From Myxococcota bacterium (GTDB lineage Bacteria > Myxococcota > JACRCW01), in the NCBI GenBank assembly GCA_040752415.1, contig JBFMGU010000291.1, positions 1 to 12,883 of the forward strand: a stretch of DNA of 12,883 nucleotides. The letters are read 5' to 3'. The notes below the pieces were generated by a model that was not told the origin of the DNA, did no database searches, and saw only the letters and a list, made by a program, of their open reading frames with translations. Each line of letters starts with the position of its first letter. The stretch's first letter is position 1. Positions 6,985 to 12,883 of this stretch are shown here, piece by piece. Both the position numbers and the translations under genes were made by a program.

Positions 6985-7111
6985 TGCCGTGATTTCCCCA
7001 GCAGCAGGCGAAGGTGCGGCGCGGCCATGGCTCACGCTCTGAACGCGGGGCCGGTGGGACGTCGACGTCGTGAGGGCCGCATGCTCAGCTCTCACCCACC
7101 ACCGGAAAGTG

Positions 7112-7174
7112 TGACCCGGGCTTCCCGGGTTGCATGTCGCGAGGACTGACTCCGGTGCGCGCCGGGGTTACATG
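7112..7174. repeat. Tandem pair of related palindromic units TGACYCSGG-loop-CCSGGGTTRCATG
   Basis: TGACCCGGG-CTT-CCCGGGTTGCATG (7112-7136) and TGACTCCGG-TGCGCG-CCGGGGTTACATG (7147-7174). Each can fold into a hairpin using G-U pairs. Confidence 0.6.
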
Positions 7175-7257
7175 CTGGCGTCCCCGAGGCGCTCGACGTG
7201 AACGAGGGCACGAGCACTCGCGTGTGAACGACCCTCACCCGCGTGAAAGGGGAAGGA

Positions 7258-8274
7258 ATGGAGACGACAGTCAACCCGGAGGACATGGTCGAAGGGGGAC
7301 GGGGGCCGTTGGTCCTGGAGGTGCGCTGCACGGGCTGTGGCGTGACGACACCCCTGGCGACGCCCTGGGTCCTGATGCATCCCGAACCCGAGGACGCCGA
7401 CTGGGACGGTGTCTCCCCGGGGCGGATCTTCACCTGTCCGTCCTGTGGGGCCGCGGACCGGTACCAGCTGACGGCCGCGGCCTGGCGGACGCTCAGGGAG
7501 GAGAACGAGCGCGCCCAAGCGGGCGAGGAATCCCGCGTCATCCTGGGGGCGGCCAGGCTGTGGGACGGAACGTTGCACCGGCGCCCCACCGAGGCGCTGG
7601 CGCATCTGCGGGAGCTGGCGGCAAGACAACCGCCGAACCCCGAAGCCTGGCGTCGGCTCGGAAACTTCTGCGAGCGCTTCGAGCTGCAGGACGAGGCGGT
7701 GGCGGCCTGGACGCGCGCGGTGGAGGTGGGGCCGGAGGAGTTTGAAGCCGCGTGCTCCCTGGCGCAGCATCACTCCAGCCTGAACACGGACCAGGACGCA
7801 CTGGCGGCGAGTCGTTACTTCGTCATGGCCCTGCAGCGATTCCCCAAGGTCGCCGCCTCGCTTCCTCACCGCGAGTACTTCGCTGCCTTCCTCGCGCGCA
7901 GCCTCTTCGAGTTCGCGGACCAGTCCCCGGAGCCCCTGGTCCTCGAGGCGTTGTGGGCCGGTGGCGTCGTCGGCGATCAGGTCGTTGTCAACGTGAGCTC
8001 GGTGGAGCTGCAGGCCATCACCTTGCGGGGTGGGCTGGAGCGCTTCCTGGCCACGGCGGAGCTCGTCGGTCTGCGCCTGACCAACAATGTCCCCGAGGAC
8101 GAGGTGACGATCCTGCACGACCTCATCGAGTCCGGTGGCTCGGCGAGACGGGGCTTCATCCGCGGCGCCGCCGCGCGTCCGGTGGTGGCCTCGCCGCGCC
8201 AACGGCCGAATGAGCCATGCGCATGCGGGAGCGGCAAGAAGTACAAGAAGTGTCACGGCGCAGGCGCACGGTAG
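7258..8274 (+). CDS. SEC-C motif protein with N-terminal Zn-ribbon (CxxC...CxxC) and a TPR-like segment, 338 aa
   Basis: CTGC and CPSC pairs. TPR-like PNPEAWRRLGNFCERFELQDEAVAAWTRAVEVGPEEFEA. C-terminal RPNEPCACGSGKKYKKCHG is a canonical SEC-C motif. Purine-rich SD (AAGGGGAAGGA) before ATG 7258; alternative GTG at 7243. Confidence 0.88.
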   Translation: METTVNPEDMVEGGRGPLVLEVRCTGCGVTTPLATPWVLMHPEPEDADWDGVSPGRIFTCPSCGAADRYQLTAAAWRTLREENERAQAGEESRVILGAARLWDGTLHRRPTEALAHLRELAARQPPNPEAWRRLGNFCERFELQDEAVAAWTRAVEVGPEEFEAACSLAQHHSSLNTDQDALAASRYFVMALQRFPKVAASLPHREYFAAFLARSLFEFADQSPEPLVLEALWAGGVVGDQVVVNVSSVELQAITLRGGLERFLATAELVGLRLTNNVPEDEVTILHDLIESGGSARRGFIRGAAARPVVASPRQRPNEPCACGSGKKYKKCHGAGAR

Positions 8275-8389
8275 TCCGCGCGTGGAAAAGGGTCTGCGAA
8301 ACCACCGCGAGCATGAGAAGATGCCCGGAGACGACGTGGGTACCCGCAATCCTTTCGCGGCAACCCGCGCGTCCTGGAGCACCTCGACG

Positions 8390-9325
8390 ATGATCAAGCC
8401 TCCCGGTTCCAGCTTTCCCAGCGTCTCGCGCAACGTCTTGCAGGAGCTCTCCACCACCTCCGCGGAGAAGCCCACCACCCCCACACCCGCCACGCCGTGG
8501 CCGGAGACCGCCACAGCCGAGCCCGCCGCGCCGCGACCGCGCGCCAGTGCCGCGGACCAGGGGCGCGCGCGTGCCATGGCGCGGAACCAGGGGGCTGCGC
8601 TGCAGCACCAGCTGGCCCGCACCATCCAGGAGTCGGAGGAGCGCGCCATCGTTGGCGGCAAGAACAACGTCGGGAAGATGGTGGACCTGGGCGGGGATCC
8701 CAGGAACGGGCTGGCATTGACCATCCACGGGATCAACGGCGCACCCGAGGACGTGGACGCGCTCAGCAACCACGCGCTGGGCCAGGGCGCGCAGACCCGC
8801 ACCTTCGCCTACGACGACAACTACCGTCGCCTCACCGACACGGCCGCGGACCTCTCGGGCCAGATGGCGGGCTGGCTCCGGGACAATCCCGGCAAGCCGC
8901 TGACGGTCCACGCGCATTCCATGGGTTCGCGCGTGGCGCTGGCGGCGTTGGATGACCTCAACCGCCAGGGGCTGCTCGAGGGGCGCCAGGTGGATTTCAA
9001 CATGGTGGCGCCACCCCTGGGTGGGTACTCGTCCGCCGACGGCGCACGGATGGCACCGGACTTCCTGGGCAACGCCATCAAGAACCTGCGCCCCTCCAAG
9101 GACATGGGAACCTCGTCGTCATTCCAGGAGACGCTGGAGGCGGCGCGCCTGCCGCCCAACGTGAACGTGCGTGTGTTCACCGCCGGGCAGGACACCGTGG
9201 TGGACTACTCCAATCCGCACTTCCAGACGATCGTCGACAACCTGCGCGCCCAGGTGATCCCGCTGCCGGAGGCGGACCACGTCAACGCAGTGGATGCCGC
9301 GGCGCGGTGGCTCGCGGACCGTTGA
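8390..9325 (+). CDS. Alpha/beta hydrolase (lipase/esterase-like) with Pro/Ser/Thr-rich N-terminal extension, about 311 aa
   Basis: Oxyanion motif IHGING, nucleophile HAHSMG, MVAPPLGG, putative acid AGQDTVV and His ADHVN. ATG 8390 follows GGAG at 8376-8379. The upstream starts at 8135 (overlapping the SEC-C gene) and 8321 are less likely. Confidence 0.82.
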   Translation: MIKPPGSSFPSVSRNVLQELSTTSAEKPTTPTPATPWPETATAEPAAPRPRASAADQGRARAMARNQGAALQHQLARTIQESEERAIVGGKNNVGKMVDLGGDPRNGLALTIHGINGAPEDVDALSNHALGQGAQTRTFAYDDNYRRLTDTAADLSGQMAGWLRDNPGKPLTVHAHSMGSRVALAALDDLNRQGLLEGRQVDFNMVAPPLGGYSSADGARMAPDFLGNAIKNLRPSKDMGTSSSFQETLEAARLPPNVNVRVFTAGQDTVVDYSNPHFQTIVDNLRAQVIPLPEADHVNAVDAAARWLADR

Positions 9326-9334
9326 CCCACGGCG

Positions 9335-11095
9335 CTACGGCCTTCCCGCCTCCGCCGCCACCACGCCGCGCACGTATTCCTCCAGGGCGCGCGCCGGCTC
9401 GTTGATGCGGGCGTGGTGTCTTCCCACGTGGTTGCGCTCATCCTGCCGCACCGGTCGCGACGAGAAACCCGGCGCCTGTTTCACCGGGTCGGGGCGCTTG
9501 GGTCCTTCGCGCGGTTCCCACACGGTGTCGATGATCCAGGCGAGCCGGTGCGTGGCCTCGGGGGTGGCGCGCACCAGGAGTCCCATCCCCAGCACCAGCG
9601 CCGCGGCGGTCCACAACGTCACCGCGCTGCGCCCCAACGACGACGCCCGTCCCAGCGTCACCGCCCGCCCCACGAACACCGCCCACAACGCGGACAGCAC
9701 CAGCGCCGTCAGCGGCACCACGGCGGAAGCAAAGCCCTTCCACCCCAGCAGCGTTCCCACCGAGTACGGGAACAACCCCGCGGTGAGCAGCGGCAGCGTC
9801 ATCTGGAAGAACGGGTGCATCAGCTCTTCCGGGTATCCGCTGTGGGTGGCACACGCGAGCCCCACCACCACGACGCTCCACACCACGCCCCCGCGCACCG
9901 CCGCGCCCAGCACCGGCCACGGTGATTTCTCGGTGGTCTCCAGCGTGTGCAGCGCCACGGCGAAACCGAGCGTGAAGAGCGGCACGGCGGGCACCAGGTG
10001 GCGCGGTCCCAGCGACCAGCCGCCCAGCCAATAGCCGAACCCCGCGGCGAAGCTGATGTAGAGCAGGCCCGCCAGCAGCAGCACCCAGCCCTCCACCGCC
10101 CGACGAGACCGCATCAGCAGCACGCACCCCACCGGCCACAAGAGCAGGTACGGCTGGAAGTAGAAGAGCCCGCGCGCCGGGGAGAACAGCGTGCCGCCCA
10201 GGCCCTCCAGCGTGGGGAGCGAGACGCCCATGAGGCCCTTCTTGTGCACGCTGCGGAAGTACGGGTTCTCGATGAACGCGTATCCCGTGGTCAGCGGGCC
10301 ACCGAACGCGGCCTGGTGGTAGGCCATGCCCAGCCCCAGCGGCACCAGGCTCCCCACCAGCATGCCCAGCAGCAGCCGCACCACCGCGCGCGGTGCGCCG
10401 CCACTGTCGCGCCAGGCCATGCCCGCGCCCAGCAGGCCCACCATGCCTATGAGCAGCGTCGTCGGGTACTCGGTGATGGCGGCCCACCCGCCGGCGAATC
10501 CCGCGAGCATGGCCCACGAGAAACTGCTCTTGCGCGCGGCATGCACCGCGGCCCACAGCGCAAACACCACGAGACACGCCGCCAGCTGGTGCCCAAAGAA
10601 CAGCAGCTCGAAGGGCACACCCACGCTGCCCAGGCCCCACGCAATCAGCGCCACCCGTCGCGCCGCGCGCGTCACCATGAGCAGCACCAGCAGGCTGTCC
10701 AAGCACGCCAGCGCCAGGAACGTGGGCAGCACGCCCAGCAGCACGCTGCCCCAGGCCAGCAGCTTCTGGGTCTCCACCTTCCCGCTCGACGAGAGCGCCT
10801 TCATCACCGCGTACACCGGCACGAGCAGGAAGCTGCTGCCGGGGGCCTTGTCGCAATAGAGGTGTCCCTCGCGCACGGCGCGGTCCATCACCCAGCCGTG
10901 CTCGGCCTCCACCTTGTCCAGCACCACGGTGTGATGGTCGACGAGCGCGCGCGTCAGGTAGGTCCGCACCAGCGGATTGGGGCTCTTGAGCTCCTCGAAG
11001 TACGGGTGATTCCACAGCGGGAGCAGCACCAGCAGGAGGATGAGCGCCCAGGGCCTTCCGCCCGCCGCGCTCGACGTCAGCAGCAAGGGCCTCAT
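9335..11095 (-). CDS. Polytopic membrane protein, GT-C fold glycosyltransferase-like (ArnT/PMT-related), 586 aa
   Basis: One TM helix, then an extracytoplasmic loop with DRAVREGHLYCDKAPGSSFL, then more than 10 hydrophobic segments. Motifs FGGPLTTGY, LFSPARGLFYFQP and WLGGWSLGPRHLVPAVP are typical of bacterial GT-C-like proteins. ATG 11095 overlaps the upstream stop (ATGA). Confidence 0.72.
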   Translation of the reverse strand: MRPLLLTSSAAGGRPWALILLLVLLPLWNHPYFEELKSPNPLVRTYLTRALVDHHTVVLDKVEAEHGWVMDRAVREGHLYCDKAPGSSFLLVPVYAVMKALSSSGKVETQKLLAWGSVLLGVLPTFLALACLDSLLVLLMVTRAARRVALIAWGLGSVGVPFELLFFGHQLAACLVVFALWAAVHAARKSSFSWAMLAGFAGGWAAITEYPTTLLIGMVGLLGAGMAWRDSGGAPRAVVRLLLGMLVGSLVPLGLGMAYHQAAFGGPLTTGYAFIENPYFRSVHKKGLMGVSLPTLEGLGGTLFSPARGLFYFQPYLLLWPVGCVLLMRSRRAVEGWVLLLAGLLYISFAAGFGYWLGGWSLGPRHLVPAVPLFTLGFAVALHTLETTEKSPWPVLGAAVRGGVVWSVVVVGLACATHSGYPEELMHPFFQMTLPLLTAGLFPYSVGTLLGWKGFASAVVPLTALVLSALWAVFVGRAVTLGRASSLGRSAVTLWTAAALVLGMGLLVRATPEATHRLAWIIDTVWEPREGPKRPDPVKQAPGFSSRPVRQDERNHVGRHHARINEPARALEEYVRGVVAAEAGRP

Positions 11096-11943
11096 GGGAT
11101 GAGCTCCCCGCCCAGGCAATTGAGCTGGCGTGCCGCGTCGGTGGTGGAAAGCGAGAGGCGCAGGGTGCGCGCGCCAGTGGGAATGGCGGTATCCAACGCG
11201 CAGCGGCCATCCCCCGCGTTGCTGCACGCCTTCTGCTCCACGGTGTTCCCGTCGACCGCGGTGGTGACGTTGATGGGCGGGCGACCGGGCTCACCGCGCG
11301 CGTCGTCGGCGTATTGCAGCCAGAGCGCGGCCCGGCTCACGCCGGTCACCGGAATGTCCACGTGCATGGTGTGGTCCCGCACAGGGTGCGACCACAGGCA
11401 CGCCACCAGCCGGTCACGTGCCTTGATCACCACCGGCCCCACGTACTGCCAGCCCTCCTTGCCGCAGCGCACGCCGCCGCTCGCGTGCGGTGGGCGGCAC
11501 GGCTGCACCGCCCCATCCTTCTCCACGCTGACAACGAGGGACTCCATCCGCTTCACCAGCAGTTCCCCCGCGTGCGGCGCCGTGGCCTCAACGACACCAC
11601 CCTCGCGCAACTCCCGCCGCGGCGCGCCCAGCGCCACCGGGTCCAGCCCCTCGCCGACGAGGAAGAAGCGCGGCTGGGGGAACGTGCTGAGGTCGGGGAG
11701 CGTGCCGGCGGGGTCCACCACCACGGTGGCCAGCGCGCCGAACGGACGCATGAGCCCACCGGGATCAGGCCGCGCGCTGAGGCGGGAGGAGAGGATGATG
11801 AGGTCGCTGGGGGTGGCGAGGTCGCGGAGGACGCGCGCGGCGGCGGCGGAGTGTCGCTCGGTGGTGGACCACCAGAGGGAGGCGGGCAGCGCGAAGAGGC
11901 CGCCCACCAGCGCCACCGCACCGCTCAGTGCCCGGAGGTCCAT
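11092..11943 (-). CDS. Membrane-anchored or secreted hypothetical protein with Cys-containing beta-rich C-terminal domain, about 283 aa (alternative GTG start 11955)
   Basis: N-terminal hydrophobic segment ALSGAVALVGGLFALPASLWW. C-terminal part QPC...VRCGKEGWQYVG...ACLWSHP...AC...RC...NC contains six Cys. Its stop is coupled to the GT-C-like gene. Confidence 0.75.
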   Translation of the reverse strand: MDLRALSGAVALVGGLFALPASLWWSTTERHSAAAARVLRDLATPSDLIILSSRLSARPDPGGLMRPFGALATVVVDPAGTLPDLSTFPQPRFFLVGEGLDPVALGAPRRELREGGVVEATAPHAGELLVKRMESLVVSVEKDGAVQPCRPPHASGGVRCGKEGWQYVGPVVIKARDRLVACLWSHPVRDHTMHVDIPVTGVSRAALWLQYADDARGEPGRPPINVTTAVDGNTVEQKACSNAGDGRCALDTAIPTGARTLRLSLSTTDAARQLNCLGGELIP

Positions 11944-12032
11944 GGGGGCGCGCACCGTCCCACCCGGCTGGTCGGCGCGTCAACGAACTCAGCCAGCCGG
12001 GAGCAGAGGCTCGTGCGCCAACGCCCCTCCGG

Positions 12033-12563
12033 TTATTCGAACAACTCCCGCACCGCGCAGCGAAAACCGGGGATGAGGGCGGGGGCTTCAAGGACGTCGT
12101 CGCGCCCCAGAATCCGCACGTGGTCCGGTGGCGTCACGACGAGGACACGCTGGGGTTCCGGGTCGGCCAGCCAGACCACCTGTGAGCCCGCGGCCAAGAA
12201 TGCCAGGGCCTTCTCAAGCAGCTCCGTCGGAGACTGGGAGTCTCCAACGACTTCACAGACGAGCTCCGGGGCGCCATCCAGCCGGCCATCGGCGCCTTTC
12301 CCGATGGGAAGGCGCGTCCGCCGCAGGAGTCCGACGTCGGGACCGCGCAGTGTGTCGGGGTTTGTCGCCAGTTTGCTTCCCGGGTCCCCGGCGCCGACCA
12401 CCCAGTCTGGGCGCGCCTTGCAGTACTGCTTGAGCAGCGACGTCAAAGACGCAACCACCATGGCGTGGCGCCAGGTAGTCCTTGTCACGGGAACCATCTC
12501 CCCGGCGACCAGCTCGCCTGGCTCGCGGTCAGGGTCCAGGCCTGCCACGTCCTGGAAGGTCAT
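12033..12563 (-). CDS. Uma2 family (DUF820, PD-(D/E)XK) putative endonuclease, about 176 aa
   Basis: GELVAGEMV, RHAMV, RGPDVG, APELVCEVV, EKALAFLAAGSQVVWLADP and LIPGFRCAVRELF match Uma2 motifs. The start codon is uncertain. Confidence 0.92.
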   Translation of the reverse strand: MTFQDVAGLDPDREPGELVAGEMVPVTRTTWRHAMVVASLTSLLKQYCKARPDWVVGAGDPGSKLATNPDTLRGPDVGLLRRTRLPIGKGADGRLDGAPELVCEVVGDSQSPTELLEKALAFLAAGSQVVWLADPEPQRVLVVTPPDHVRILGRDDVLEAPALIPGFRCAVRELFE

Positions 12564-12680
12564 GGGGCTGGGAGAGGCCCATCGGGATTGCAGGCGTCGT
12601 GAGCGGGCCACGACCTGGAGTGCGGCGGGCCCTCGCCGCCCTGGTCAGCGCCAAGTGCGTCCTCAACGGAGGTCGCTGAA

Positions 12681-12709
12681 CCCGGGAACCCCGCGACGAC
12701 GGGGAACAC
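12681..12709 (-). repeat. Solitary 29-nt hairpin resembling a type I-E CRISPR repeat
   Basis: Minus strand reads GTGTTCCCCG-TCGTC-GCGGGG-TTCCCGGG, against the E. coli I-E repeat GTGTTCCCCG-CGCCA-GCGGGG-ATAAACCG. Single copy only. Confidence 0.25.
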
Positions 12710-12883
12710 GCGGAGGCCGCGCATGGTGGACCGCTGGCGGGGCTGGAACGCGCTCAGCGCTGGCCAGGGCGGCGAGCCGCTTTGGACAGCATCGACAAAA
12801 TCTGGCGTATCCGGCTGTCCCGGCTGGAGTTGAAGAAGCGTCGTCGTCACCGGCGAGTTGAGCCCAAGCGTGCCTCGCAGCGC

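Noticed and set aside
7110..7240. Integron attC sites or CRP boxes in the intergenic region after the cyclase gene
   Set aside because: GTTGCAT and GTTACAT do not fit GTTRRRY, the units are too short and no integrase is present. TGTGA-N7-TCACC has the wrong spacing for CRP.
8283..8297. Sigma54-like TGGAAAAGGGTCTGC (GG-N10-GC) upstream of the hydrolase
   Set aside because: The spacing is right, but the match to TGGCAC-N5-TTGC is poor and could easily be chance.
7168..8917. Minus-strand ORFs 7168-8802 and 8156-8917
   Set aside because: Antisense to the SEC-C and hydrolase genes, which carry clear motifs.
9326..9334. Intrinsic terminator between the convergent hydrolase and GT-C-like genes
   Set aside because: The gap is only 9 nt, with no stem-loop plus U-tract.
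9294..12861. Long ORFs 9294-10034 (+), 9947-12076 (+), 11314-12861 (+) and 9438-11294 (-)
   Set aside because: Shadow or alternative-frame ORFs overlapping the GT-C-like, membrane-anchored and Uma2 genes, with low-complexity translations.
12600..12883. CRISPR array, or the 96-aa ORF 12560-12850
   Set aside because: Only one repeat-like unit with no periodicity. The ORF has no recognisable motif, although the 3' end of a gene starting outside the window cannot be excluded.

Overview
GC-rich bacterial window, Myxococcota-like by gene content (inference), with 11 supportable CDSs. Positions 1-355 are non-coding and contain a perfect 15-bp inverted-repeat element and a structured MITE/IS-end-like stretch. 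Next is a degenerate GT51 transglycosylase-domain gene (356-1120). The centrepiece is a five-gene operon (1154-6984) in which every stop codon overlaps the next start: a TetR regulator, a split PEP-synthase/rifamycin-phosphotransferase-like enzyme (substrate-binding plus phospho-His subunit, then a separate ATP-grasp subunit), a class I SAM O-methyltransferase, and a fungal-Cyr1-like class III adenylate cyclase fused to TPR-like helices. This looks like an inducible small-molecule modification module linked to cAMP signalling, and I do not recognise it as a described system. Downstream are a hairpin-rich intergenic region, a Zn-ribbon/TPR/SEC-C protein and an AHSMG alpha/beta hydrolase with a disordered N-terminus. 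On the minus strand are a GT-C-like polytopic membrane protein coupled to a membrane-anchored Cys-containing protein, and a Uma2 endonuclease. A solitary type I-E CRISPR-repeat-like hairpin lies near the right end. No rRNA, tRNA, transposase or CRISPR array was seen. All family calls come from motif recognition by eye, not database searches.
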